Shown piece by piece: positions 45,780 to 56,569 of a stretch of DNA of 64,000 nucleotides (its first letter is position 1; every line of letters starts with the position of its first letter). The position numbers and the translations under genes were made by a program. The notes below the pieces were generated by a model, which did no database searches, had not been told where the DNA came from, and saw nothing but the letters and a program-made list of their open reading frames with translations. Source of the DNA: Thermoanaerobaculia bacterium (GTDB taxonomy: Bacteria; Acidobacteriota; Thermoanaerobaculia; Multivoradales; JAGPDF01); contig CAVQJN010000002.1 of the NCBI GenBank assembly GCA_963712855.1, forward strand, positions 51,852 to 115,851. The letters run 5' to 3'.

Positions 45780-46442
45780 TCAGCCCTCCTCGAGGCGCCG
45801 CGCCGCGATCGCGGCGATCCGACAGCGTAGCGCGTGCATCCAATAGAAGAGAACGGTGAAACCCAATGAGCTAGCTAACAACACGATCAGCATGCGGGAT
45901 TCCACCTTCACCTTGGCCTGAGCGTTGATCACCGGCTCGGGGTGCAGGGTGAAGCCGAGCCGCGGCAGGACGAAGTAGAGGAAAGGCGCCACGATCAGCC
46001 CGAGCACCGCGTAGGCGGCCGAGAGCCGGGCCCGCGAATGCTCGTCCGCCACCGCCTGGCGCAGCGCCAGATAGGCGGCGTAGTAGAGCAGCGCGACCAC
46101 GATGGCGCTCTCGCGCGGGTCCCAGTTCCACCACGAGCCCCACATGATGCGCGCCCAGATCGCGCCGGTGACGGTGGCCAGGAAGGCGAAGACCTGGCCG
46201 AGCTCCACCGCCGCGGCCGCCGAGCGATCGAGGCGCGGCTCCCGGCTGCCCGCCAAGTAGCGTGCGCTCTGCACGCCCGCGGTCATGAAGGCCACGAAGG
46301 AGACCCAGGCCATTGGCACGTGAAAGAAGAGGATGCGGCTCGATTCCCCCTTGAAGCCCATGGCCAGGGGGGCCCAATGGAACGCGGCCACGATGACCAC
46401 GACCATCCAAAGCCAGAGGATCCAGGGAAGTGCGCGCTTCAT
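45780..46442 (-). CDS. ccmC: Heme exporter CcmC
   Basis: FFHVPMAW, TGAIWARIMWGSWWNWDPRE, TLHP. Confidence 0.95.
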   Translation of the reverse strand: MKRALPWILWLWMVVVIVAAFHWAPLAMGFKGESSRILFFHVPMAWVSFVAFMTAGVQSARYLAGSREPRLDRSAAAAVELGQVFAFLATVTGAIWARIMWGSWWNWDPRESAIVVALLYYAAYLALRQAVADEHSRARLSAAYAVLGLIVAPFLYFVLPRLGFTLHPEPVINAQAKVKVESRMLIVLLASSLGFTVLFYWMHALRCRIAAIAARRLEEG

Positions 46443-47116
46443 GGATTCCAGATCGCCGGGAACAGCAGGAACCCGGCCACCACGATCGAAGCATCATACA
46501 GGAGAAGCATTTGGAGCAGCCCCGTCCCGAGGGTGGGGCCGAAGGCCCCCCGGCTGGCAGCCACGGCCAACGCCAACGCGGGAAGCAGGATGGGCAGCGC
46601 CAGCACCGCGAAGAGCGTCGAAGCGCCCCGCCCCTGCGCCACGATCGCGGCGAGCAGCGTGGTCGCCGCGGCGATCGCCAAGCCCCCGCCCGCGAGCGCC
46701 GCGATCAGCACGCTGGGCCGTTGGACCCTGAGGTCGAAGAGCACGATCGCCAGTGGCGTGACCAGGATTTCCAGCGCGGCGACCAACGTGACGACGTGGG
46801 CGAGCTTGCCGGCGAACAGCGCCGAGGGGCGCGCCGCGAGACGCAAGGCGATGGCGGTCCGGCTCTCCTCCTCGTGCACGAAGACGCGCGGCAGACCGGC
46901 CGCCGCCGCGAAGAGGAGGATCAGCCAGACCAGCACCGGAACGACGCGTGCCGCCTGCACCGGATCGTTGCCGATCGGACCGAGAACGAGGCTCGCGACG
47001 ATCATGGTGGTGACCGCGAACAGGCCGAGCGTGGCCACCGCGTGGCGGGTGCGCAGCTCGCACCGCCAGTCCTTGGCGAAGACCGCCGTCGCCTCAGCCG
47101 CCCAGCCGGAGCTCAC
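46439..47116 (-). CDS. ccmB: Heme exporter permease CcmB
   Basis: KDWRCELR, FVHEEE, LFAGK, VLALPILLP; multi-TM. Confidence 0.9.
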   Translation of the reverse strand: MSSGWAAEATAVFAKDWRCELRTRHAVATLGLFAVTTMIVASLVLGPIGNDPVQAARVVPVLVWLILLFAAAAGLPRVFVHEEESRTAIALRLAARPSALFAGKLAHVVTLVAALEILVTPLAIVLFDLRVQRPSVLIAALAGGGLAIAAATTLLAAIVAQGRGASTLFAVLALPILLPALALAVAASRGAFGPTLGTGLLQMLLLYDASIVVAGFLLFPAIWNP

Positions 47117-47708
47117 TCGTCACCGCCGGTAGCGTGATCGTGGCCGGGCTCGCCACCACGGCGAGCGCGCCCCCCGCGAGGCGCTCCTCGAGCAGCGCGC
47201 GGGTCGTCGCCTCGCCCGCCGCGTCGAAGTTCTGGAAGGGTTCGTCGAGCAGCATGAGGGCGGGGTCGTGGAGCAGCGCGTAAGCCCAGCGCAGCCGTTG
47301 CCGCATGCCGGACGAGAACGCGTGGAAGGGACGCTCGGGAGGCAGCCCGAGCCGTTCGAGCAGCGGCTCCCCGGTGTCGGGAGGAAGGCCGCGCAAGCGC
47401 GCGAACAGGCGCAGATTCTCGCGGCCCGAGAGCTCGTCGTAGAAGGCCAGGTCGGGCGCCAGATAGCCGATCCTGCGGCGCCGCTGGTCGAGCGAGAGCT
47501 CACGCCCACGCTCCGTTGCCCGGATCTCTCCGCGGTCGGCGCGCAGCAGGCCCGCCAGGCAGCGCAGGAGAGTGGATTTCCCGCAGCCGTTGGGGCCCCG
47601 GACCGACAGCACGCCGCCCGATTCGACCACGCCGGAGGCTCCGACCAGCACCTTGAGGGTGCCGAAGCGGCGCGACAGGCCGGAAAACTCGAGTTGGGAG
47701 AGGTCCAC
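47094..47708 (-). CDS. ccmA: Heme ABC exporter ATPase CcmA
   Basis: GPNGCGKST, FSSGMRQR, LLDEP; first gene of the ccm operon. GTG start inferred from the -10 box. Confidence 0.9.
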   Translation of the reverse strand: MDLSQLEFSGLSRRFGTLKVLVGASGVVESGGVLSVRGPNGCGKSTLLRCLAGLLRADRGEIRATERGRELSLDQRRRRIGYLAPDLAFYDELSGRENLRLFARLRGLPPDTGEPLLERLGLPPERPFHAFSSGMRQRLRWAYALLHDPALMLLDEPFQNFDAAGEATTRALLEERLAGGALAVVASPATITLPAVTSELRLGG

Positions 47709-47761
47709 CGCGGGGAGCCTAACCGAAGCGCGCCGACCGGCGCTCGGCATAGCATCGGTCC

Positions 47762-49798
47762 ATGACGAGATCCGGCACCGCGAAGATGGCTCTGCTCACG
47801 GTTCTCTCGCTGGCGCCGATCCTCGCGGCTTGCGGCGGCGCGCGGCGTCCGGCCGTGCCGCCGAGCGCGCCCGCCAGGGCCGCCGCCGACCCCGACCTTG
47901 AGAGCCGTGCCCTCCTGCTGCTGCTCGAGGATCGCCGCATGTACGAATCCGGCGTGCTCGAGTCGATGCTCGGCGGTTCGATCGAGGTTCGCCGCGCCCT
48001 CGCGGTGGCCCTCGGCCGGATCGGCGATGCGCGTGGCCGCAGTCTTCTCCAAGGCCTGCTGATCGACAACGACGTCGAGGTGCGGCGCGCGGCCGCTTTC
48101 GCGCTCGGCCAGCTCGGCGTGCCGGAAGCCGTCGGCGCGCTCCGGGTGGCGGCGGTCGATGACGATCCCGAGGTCGGTGCGCTGGCCGTCGAGGCGCTCG
48201 GCAAGTTGGGCGCGCCGCTCGCCGAAGTGCGCCGCGTGCTCGCCGCGCTCGCTCCCGAGGTGGCGTGGCGCCGGTTGGCGCCTTTCCTCTTCCGCTTCAA
48301 GGAGCCGGCGACGGTGGAAGCGGCCCGCCAGGCGCTGGCCTCGCAGGATGTCGTGGTGCGGCGTGGCGCCGCTTACGCGCTCGGCCGGGAAGCGCGTCCG
48401 GAATCCCTGCCGGCGCTGCGTGAGCTGCTCGGCGACTCGGATCCTTTCGTGCGCGCGCTCGCGGCGCGGGGCGTCGGTCAGGTGGGTGGGATCGAGGATC
48501 TGGCGCGCCTGCTGCCGCTGCTCGACGATCCGGCCGTCTCGCCGCGCGTCCAGGCGATGCGCGCCGGTACGGCCATTCTGGGGCGTGTCCAGGCGTTGCC
48601 GCCGCTTGGTTGGGGCGAGAAACTGGCCATCTCGTTCGCCGATCCGCGTCCCGGCATTCGTGCCGCGGCGCTGGAGGCCGCGGCCCGGTTCCTGCCGAAT
48701 CCCAAGCTCGAACAGGCCTTGCGCGCGAGCTGGGCCAAGGGCGAGACACGGGAGCGTGAGCTGGCTCTCGCCGCCCTGGTGGCCGGCCGGGTGGCCGACG
48801 CCGGGCAGCTCGTGGCGGTCGCGGCGGAGAGTCCCGAGCGGACCTTGCGCGCTCAGGCGGCGACGGCCTGTGGTGGGCTCGGCGATCATGAGCTGGCGCT
48901 CCGCTTGGTCGGCGACCGTGAGCCCCTCGTGCGCGTCGCGGCGCTGGGTGCCCTGAAGACGCTCGGCGAGACATCGGCTCTCTTCTCGGCCCTCGACGAC
49001 CGCGATCCCACCGTGCGCGCGACCGCCCTCGAAGCGCTCGCCGACTCGCCCGAGCTGCCCACCGCGCGGGTTGCCGCGATGATCGACGCAGCCCGTACCG
49101 ACGGCGCCCAGAACGATGTTCGCCGCACCGGGATCGAGGTGCTCGCGGCGCGCGCCAAGGCGCACCCCCAACGCGACCGGGCGCCCGTGGTGACCGCTCT
49201 CCAAGAGCTCGCCTCGGATTCCGACTGGTTGGTGCGACGGGCCGCGGCGGACGCCCTGGCGGGACTCGGGGAGCCGCGTCCGGCGATCGGACCGGTCGAG
49301 ACCGGCCGAAATCTCGAGATCTACCGGCAGATCCTGGCCGAGACCGCGACGCCCCGCTACGTGGCTCTCGAGACGACGCGCGGCCGCCTGGTGGTCGAGC
49401 TCGCGTGCCCCGAGGCGCCGCTCACCTGCCTCTCTTTCCTCCAGCTGGCCCGCCAGCACTTCTTCGACGGCACGCTCTGGCACCGCGTCGTCCCCGACTT
49501 CGTCGTTCAAGGGGGCGATCCGCGCGGCGACGGATGGGGTGGCCCCGGCTATTCGCTGCGCGACGAGAATAACCCTCTGCGCTACGACCGGGGGGCACTC
49601 GGCATGGCCCTCTCGGGTCCCGACACGGGGGGGAGCCAGTTCTTCCTCACCCTCTCGCCCCAACCCCATCTCGACGGCGGCTACACCGTCTTCGGTCATC
49701 TGGTGGAAGGGGACGGCGTGCTCGACCAGATTCGCCAGGGGGACCGGCTGAACCGGGCGGTCGAGGTCCCTGCGCCAGCGGGCGCCGCGGTCCGATAG
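47762..49798 (+). CDS. HEAT-repeat lipoprotein with C-terminal cyclophilin-type PPIase
   Basis: Lipobox LAAC; repeated D.D..VR..AA.ALG units; cyclophilin HRVVPDFVVQGGDP, DTGGSQFF, HLDGGYTVFG. Confidence 0.92.
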   Translation: MTRSGTAKMALLTVLSLAPILAACGGARRPAVPPSAPARAAADPDLESRALLLLLEDRRMYESGVLESMLGGSIEVRRALAVALGRIGDARGRSLLQGLLIDNDVEVRRAAAFALGQLGVPEAVGALRVAAVDDDPEVGALAVEALGKLGAPLAEVRRVLAALAPEVAWRRLAPFLFRFKEPATVEAARQALASQDVVVRRGAAYALGREARPESLPALRELLGDSDPFVRALAARGVGQVGGIEDLARLLPLLDDPAVSPRVQAMRAGTAILGRVQALPPLGWGEKLAISFADPRPGIRAAALEAAARFLPNPKLEQALRASWAKGETRERELALAALVAGRVADAGQLVAVAAESPERTLRAQAATACGGLGDHELALRLVGDREPLVRVAALGALKTLGETSALFSALDDRDPTVRATALEALADSPELPTARVAAMIDAARTDGAQNDVRRTGIEVLAARAKAHPQRDRAPVVTALQELASDSDWLVRRAAADALAGLGEPRPAIGPVETGRNLEIYRQILAETATPRYVALETTRGRLVVELACPEAPLTCLSFLQLARQHFFDGTLWHRVVPDFVVQGGDPRGDGWGGPGYSLRDENNPLRYDRGALGMALSGPDTGGSQFFLTLSPQPHLDGGYTVFGHLVEGDGVLDQIRQGDRLNRAVEVPAPAGAAVR

Positions 49799-49886
49799 GA
49801 TTCGGCCCCTTCCCGCCCGGACTCCATCCCGGAGGGCCCCGGGACCGGCTCCGAACCCCCGAAAAGGGCCGATCCGGTCACCCGGC

Positions 49887-49913
49887 TGCAACCCGGCGGC
49901 AGGGAAACGCGTA
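49887..49913 (+). promoter_or_regulatory. Putative ECF (SigW-like) autoregulatory promoter
   Basis: TGCAAC(49887-49892)-N17-CGTA(49910-49913), 7 nt before the sigma ATG. Resembles the B. subtilis SigW consensus TGAAAC-N16-CGTA. Confidence 0.65.
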
Positions 49914-49920
49914 CTTCGCC

Positions 49921-50505
49921 ATGCCGCACGAGCCCGACCCCAAGACGGACGAAGAGCTGGTGCGGTCGGTCCTGGCCGGGGACCGGGAGCGCTTCGCCGA
50001 GCTGGTCCGGCGCTACCAAACGCGGTTGGTCAACTATCTCTTCCGCATGGTGCGCAATGCCGACGACGCTCAGGATCTGGCCCAGGAGGTGTTCGTTCGC
50101 GTGTATCAGGCTCTCGATCGCTTCGATCCGCAATACCGCTTCTCGACCTGGCTCTTCCGGGTCGGGCAGAACGCGGCGATCGACCAGATCCGGCGTCGCC
50201 GCTTTCGTATGGTGCCGATCGGACGGACCGGCACGGAGCGCGAAGACGGCGGGCGAGAGCTCGAGCTTCCGGCGAACGATCCCTCGGCGCTCGACGGTCT
50301 GGAGGCGCGGGAGCGGGATGCCGCCGTGCGCGTGGCGATCGATGGTCTCCCCTGGGAATATCGTGAGCTGATCGTGCTGCGACACTACGGCGAGCTCGCC
50401 TACGACGAGATCGCTCAGCTCAAGGGAATGCCGCTCGGGACGGTGAAAAACAAGCTCTTCCGGGCTCGCCAGATGCTCAAGGTGACCCTGGGAGCGGAAA
50501 GCTGA
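49921..50505 (+). CDS. ECF RNA polymerase sigma factor (SigW-like)
   Basis: DAQDLAQEVF, FSTWLFR..N..ID, region 4 LAYDEIA..GMPLGTVKNKLFRAR. Confidence 0.95.
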   Translation: MPHEPDPKTDEELVRSVLAGDRERFAELVRRYQTRLVNYLFRMVRNADDAQDLAQEVFVRVYQALDRFDPQYRFSTWLFRVGQNAAIDQIRRRRFRMVPIGRTGTEREDGGRELELPANDPSALDGLEARERDAAVRVAIDGLPWEYRELIVLRHYGELAYDEIAQLKGMPLGTVKNKLFRARQMLKVTLGAES

Positions 50506-51098
50506 TGGCGGGAGTCATGGATCTGCACGAACGCTACCGGGAGTGGATCGAGCTCGAGCTCGACGAGCAGCTCGGCGACGTCGAGGCCGAGGAGTTGGCG
50601 ATGCATTTGGCCGGCTGCGCCGCCTGTCGGCGCGAGCGCGATGCGTCGGCGCGGCTCTTCGCGCGTCTCGACTCGGCACGTCTCGCCGTACGACCACGCT
50701 TCGCCATGGAGGTCCTGGCCGCCCTCGAGCCCGCGCCGTGGGAAGCGAGGGCGCCACGCAGCTGGAAGCTTCCGGTGGCCGTGTTGACGGCGGTGGGCGG
50801 TCTGGCGGCGGTGCTGTTTGGGCTGGGCGCGGCGGGCTTTCAGCCGCAAGGCGGGTCGAGCGGTGCCTTGGCAGCGCTGCTCGACCTCTTCCGGGCCGCG
50901 CTGGTCGCCGGCAGTGGCCTGGCGAGCGCCTCCTGGGGAGCCGCGGGCGAGGCACTCGGTGCCTGGCTCGGCCGCTCGACGCTGAATTGGGGCGCTGCGG
51001 CAATGCTGGCGCTCGGCGCCGATTACCTGCTCGTCCGTCTGCTGCGCTCGCGCTCCGCCGCGGCCGGGGAATCGGCCCGCCGCGACGCATCCCACTGA
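50505..51098 (+). CDS. Zinc-binding (ZAS) membrane anti-sigma factor
   Basis: HLAGCAAC (HxxxCxxC) followed by TM segments; start overlaps the sigma stop. Confidence 0.88.
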   Translation: MAGVMDLHERYREWIELELDEQLGDVEAEELAMHLAGCAACRRERDASARLFARLDSARLAVRPRFAMEVLAALEPAPWEARAPRSWKLPVAVLTAVGGLAAVLFGLGAAGFQPQGGSSGALAALLDLFRAALVAGSGLASASWGAAGEALGAWLGRSTLNWGAAAMLALGADYLLVRLLRSRSAAAGESARRDASH

Positions 51099-51100
51099 CC

Positions 51101-52009
51101 GTGCTCGCGCTCACCCTCGTTCTCGCGCTGGCCGCGCCCGCCTCGGGGGCCGGTGGAGCCAGTGCCTTGCAGCTGGAGTCGGGGGCGGTGGCACGTCACC
51201 AGCTGGTCGCGGTCGGCCGGGATGTCGTGGTCGACGGCCAGGCGCTCGCGGGAGTCACCGCGATCCAGGGCTCGGCCCGCATCTCGGGCAGCGTGGCGGG
51301 CGATGTGACGGTGCTGGGAGGCGATGTGACGCTCGCGGGGAGCGCCGATGTCGGAGGCGACGTGCACGTGCTCGGCGGTCGTCTCACGGTGGCGCCAGGG
51401 GCGCGCATCGAAGGCAGCTCGGTCGCCTATCCCACCTTTTCACGCGCCGGCCTGACCCTCCTCGAGGGCCCCAGTTTGGGGCTTCCGGCCAGCTCTCCGG
51501 TGGTGCTGGCGGCGAAGCTCGGCCTCGTCGCGGCTTGGTTAGCCCTGTCGCTGGTCCTTTTCGTCCTCGCCGGGCGGCCTCTCCTCGCCGCCTCCGAGGA
51601 GATTCGCCGCGAGCCGATGCTCTGCTTCGTCACCGGCCTGGTCGGCGTCCTGGCCGCGCTGCTGACCGCGTTGCTGCTCGCCGCCGTGCTCCCGTCGCCG
51701 CTCTCGCTTCCCCTGCTCGCCCTGGTCGTCTTCGCGGCGCTCGCCGCGAAACTGTGGGGCACCGTGGCGGCCTTCCATATCGTCGGACGAACCCTGCTCG
51801 GCGCAATCCTGCACCGCCGCCGGCCGGTCCTGCACGAAGCCCTGGTGGGCGTCCTTCTGCTCGGCCTGCTCAAGCTGGTGCCCTATCTCGGGATCGCGGT
51901 CTGGACGGCCACGACGCTGGTGGGAGTCGGCGCGGCGCTGCGCACCCGATTCGGTCACGTCGAAGGCTGGATCGACTCCCGTGCGGCCCTGACTCCGGGC
52001 GCCCTCTGA
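51101..52009 (+). CDS. Bactofilin-like beta-helix protein with C-terminal TM helices
   Basis: Signal peptide from GTG 51101; repeats [21 protein letters not shown]; then 4-5 hydrophobic helices (KLVPYLG). Confidence 0.75.
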   Translation: MLALTLVLALAAPASGAGGASALQLESGAVARHQLVAVGRDVVVDGQALAGVTAIQGSARISGSVAGDVTVLGGDVTLAGSADVGGDVHVLGGRLTVAPGARIEGSSVAYPTFSRAGLTLLEGPSLGLPASSPVVLAAKLGLVAAWLALSLVLFVLAGRPLLAASEEIRREPMLCFVTGLVGVLAALLTALLLAAVLPSPLSLPLLALVVFAALAAKLWGTVAAFHIVGRTLLGAILHRRRPVLHEALVGVLLLGLLKLVPYLGIAVWTATTLVGVGAALRTRFGHVEGWIDSRAALTPGAL

Positions 52010-52023
52010 CCCTGGCGCTTTGC

Positions 52024-52053
52024 TTGACCCTTCGCGCCGCGAGTTCGTAGGCT
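52024..52053 (+). promoter_or_regulatory. Putative sigma70 promoter of hbd-TPR-proS
   Basis: TTGACC(52024-52029)-N18-TAGGCT(52048-52053), followed by an AAGGAG SD. Confidence 0.55.
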
Positions 52054-52076
52054 CGCCGGGGAAGGAAGGAGTGAGC

Positions 52077-52920
<844 letters not shown>

Positions 52921-52946
<26 letters not shown>

Positions 52947-54822
52947 GGGGCGCGCCGAGAGCGGGTCGGGCAGCGTCATCCTCTGCCAGTCCTGTGGCGC
53001 CCCCAATCCGGGGGACCGGGATCTCTGTGAGCGCTGTCACCAGAAGCTCCTGGTGCTCTCCGGCCCGCCGAGCGAGGAAGCGCAGGAGATCACCGGCGAG
53101 CAGGAGGCCGACTTCTCGCTCGACGAGCACCTGCTCGAGCGCGTCTCCATCCTCGAAGAGGCGGTGAAGCGCACCGCCGAGAGCGTGACCCGGCTCGCGG
53201 CGACGGCGCAGAAGCAGGAGAAGAACCTGCTGGTCAGCCAGACCGGATTCGCGACCTTGCGCGAACTGCTCGAGCGGCAGCGCCTGATCGGTCGGGAGGA
53301 GTGGGCGGATCTCTGGCGTTCCAAGATGGAATATCAACTGCAGGCGCTCGAGAAGCGGGAGCGCTTCGTGGCGGTCAAGGATCGCATCGTCGCATTGTTC
53401 AGCGGCGAGCGCCGGCAGAGCTTCGTCGAGCACCTCGAAGACGCCGAGTACGCGCTCTTCGCCTTCGACGTCGAGCGCGCCCGGGCGAGCCTCGAACAGG
53501 CTTTCCGGCTGGATGGCGACAACTACGAGCTGGCGCTCCTGCTCGGCGAGACGGCGTTCAACGAGGGCGACACCGAATCGGCTCTGACCTATTTCGCGCG
53601 GGTGCTCGAGGTCAAGCCGGATCAGTTCGAGGCCCTGGTCTTCTCCGGAGTCATCTGCCACGAGAGCGACCACCCGTCGCAGGCCGAGGACCTCCTGCGC
53701 CAAGCGGTGCGCCTCTATCCTGACGCCTTCCTGCCCCACTTCAGCCTCGGGGCGGTCTACGCGGCGCAGGGCGAAATGCGGCGCGCGGTGGCGCACCTCG
53801 AGCAGGCCTGCGAGATCGATCCGGTGCCGCAGGCGCTCTTCATGCTCGGTAACTGTCATTTCGAGATGGGACGGCCGAGCGAGTCGGTCAAGCGTCTCTC
53901 CGAGGCGGTGCGGCTCGACCCGGCCTTCGAGGAAGCTCATTACCTGCTCGGTCTCGCGTACCTCGAGAAGCACTGGAACCGCAAGGCGCTGGCCTCGTTT
54001 CGCGAGGCCCAACGGCTCAATCCGCGCCGCATGCGCTACCAGGATCTGGTGCAATTCCTCTCCGGACGGGAGGGCGTTCCCCTGCCCGCGGTCGGCGAGC
54101 CGGCCGCCGAGTTGATGGCGAAAGCCGAGGCTCACGCGGAGCGGGGCGAAGCCGACAAGGCGATCGCGACGTGCAAGCGAGCGATCGCGCTCGAGCCGGC
54201 GAGCTCCACCCTGCGCATGTCCTACGCGATGGTTTGCTTGTCGTTGGGCCGTACGAAGGAGCTCGAGGCGGCGTCGCGCGCGGTGCTCGAGCTCGAGCCC
54301 GGCGAGATGCTGCGTGCCACCGCCTCGGCGGCCCTGATCGCGGCTCTGCGCGGCGAAGGCAAGTTTCGCGAGGGTAACCGGATCGGCAAGGCGCTCCTGG
54401 CCGAAGCGGAGTCGAGCTTCGCGCGAACCATCGCCTACTACGAGCTCGCCTACAACCTGGCCGAGATGGAGGAGGAGCTGGACGAAGCGCTCGACCTCGC
54501 GCGGGCGGCGCTCGACCTGGCACCCGACGAGCTCAAGCAGTTTCCACTCGCGGTCCTCGGTTGGGTGCACTACAAGCGCAAGGAGCTCGACCAGGCGGTG
54601 GATTGTCTCGAGCGCTCGAACGAGCTTGGCGCTTCGTCGACCACCCTCACCCATCTCGGCATGGCGTTGCTCGCCGCCGGGGAGGAAGAACGGGCACGCG
54701 ACGCTTTCGGGCGGGCGCGCCGGCTCGAGCCCCGCGTGGGCGCGCTCGAGGAGAAGATGATGGAGTGCATGAAGGACTCGGCGCGCCTGTTCGAGAGAGT
54801 GCGCAGAAAGCCCAAGCAATGA
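52921..54822 (+). CDS. Zinc-ribbon + coiled-coil + multi-TPR cytoplasmic protein
   Basis: CQSCG...CERC at the N-terminus; heptad segment [13 protein letters not shown]; many TPR units ([16 protein letters not shown]). Stop overlaps the proS start. Start uncertain. Confidence 0.82.
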
Positions 54823-56542
54823 TTCGTTGGAGCCGGTATTACCTGCATACGACGCGCGAGGTGCCGAACGACGCGGAGGTGGTGTCGCACCAGTTGATGG
54901 TGCGGGCTGGAATGATCCGCAAGGCCGCGGCCGGTATCTACAGCTACCTGCCGGTCGGTTGGCGGAGCTTCGCCAAGCTGATGGCGATCGTACGCCGCGA
55001 GATGAATGCTGCCGACGCGGTCGAGCTCAACATGCCGGCCGTCCAGCCGGCCGAGCTCTGGCAGGAGTCGGGGCGTTGGAAGAAGTATGGCAAGGAGCTG
55101 CTGCGCATCCGCGACCGCCACGAGCGCGACTTCTGTTTCGGTCCGACCCACGAAGAGGTGGTCACGGACATCGTGCGGCGCGACGTCAAGAGCTACCGTC
55201 AGCTCCCCTTCACGCTCTACCAGATCCAGGACAAGTTCCGCGACGAGATCCGGCCGCGCTTCGGCCTGATGCGGGGGCGCGAGTTCCTGATGAAGGACGC
55301 CTACTCCTTCCACGCCACGACGGAGAGCCTCGACGAGGGCTACGAGGCGATGCGGGCCGCTTACTGCCGGATCTTCGAGGCCTGCCAGCTCGACTACACG
55401 ATGGTAGAGGCCGACACGGGAACGATCGGGGGCTCGTCGTCGCACGAATTCATGGTCACGGCGACGACTGGCGAGAGCGCCGTTCTTCACTGCCCGTCCT
55501 GCGGCTACGGCGCCAACCAGGAGAAAGCGGAGCGCGGAGCCTGGCCGGCGATCGGCACGCCCGGGACGCGAGCGCTGGAGAAGCGCGAGACCCCGGGCAA
55601 GACGTCGGTCCAGGAAGTGGCCGAGTTCCTCGGTGAGCCGATCGAGAGCTTCGTCAAGACGCTGATCTACGAGACCGACGAAGGCGAGCTCGTGGTGGTG
55701 GCGATCCGCGGAGACCGCGAAGTCAACGAGGTCAAGCTCCTCAACGCCCTCCCCGACGCGATCCACGTGCGTCTCGCGCCGGAGGAACGGGTTCGCGAGC
55801 TCACCGGCGCCCCTCCGGGCTTCGCGGGGCCGGTGGGGCTGGGCCATGCGGGCCGCCTGCTCGCCGACCCTTCGGTCGAGCACTCGTCGGGCTTCGTCTG
55901 CGGGGCGAACGACGCCGACGCCCATTACCTGGGCGCGGAGTGGGAGCGTGACGTCGAGCTGCGCCCGAGTGGCGGGACCTCGCGCTCGTCGTCGCGGGGG
56001 ACCCCTGCCCGAGCTGCGGCACGCCGCTTCTTCTCTCGCGTGGCATCGAGGTCGGGCACATCTTCAAACTGGGCGCCAAGTACGCGGAGCCGATGCAGTG
56101 CACGTTCAGCGACGAGCGCGGCGAGCTCGCCGCCATGGTGATGGGGTGTTACGGGCTCGGCATCGGGCGTACCGTCGCCGCGGCGATCGAACAGAACCAC
56201 GACGACGACGGCATCGTCTGGCCGCTGCCACTGGCTCCTTTCGAAATCGAAGTGATCGCCTTGACGCCGAACGATCCCGCGGCGATGGGAGCCGCCGAAG
56301 CGCTGGCTTCCGAGCTCGCGGGTCGCGGCTTCGAAGTGCTGCTGGACGACCGCGACGAGCGCCCGGGAGTCAAGTTCAAGGACGCCGATCTGGTGGGCAT
56401 TCCGGCGCGGGCGGTGGTGGGGGGCAAATCGTTCGCGGCCGGTGAGGTCGAGCTCTCTCTGCGCCGCGACCGCGAGAAGATGCGCGTCCCGATCGCCGAG
56501 GGCGCGGTGAAGCTCGCCGAGCTGGTCGATTCCCTGCGCTGA
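54819..56542 (+). CDS. proS: Proline--tRNA ligase with INS editing domain (apparent -1 frameshift at about 55960)
   Basis: GPTHEE, KFRDEIRPRFGLMRGREF, GFAGP, GAN. GDPCPSCG, GIEVGHIFKLG, MGCYGLG and KFKDADLVG follow in frame 56093..56542. Confidence 0.95.
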
Positions 56543-56569
56543 CGGCGAGCGTCGTCCGAACGGGCTGGC

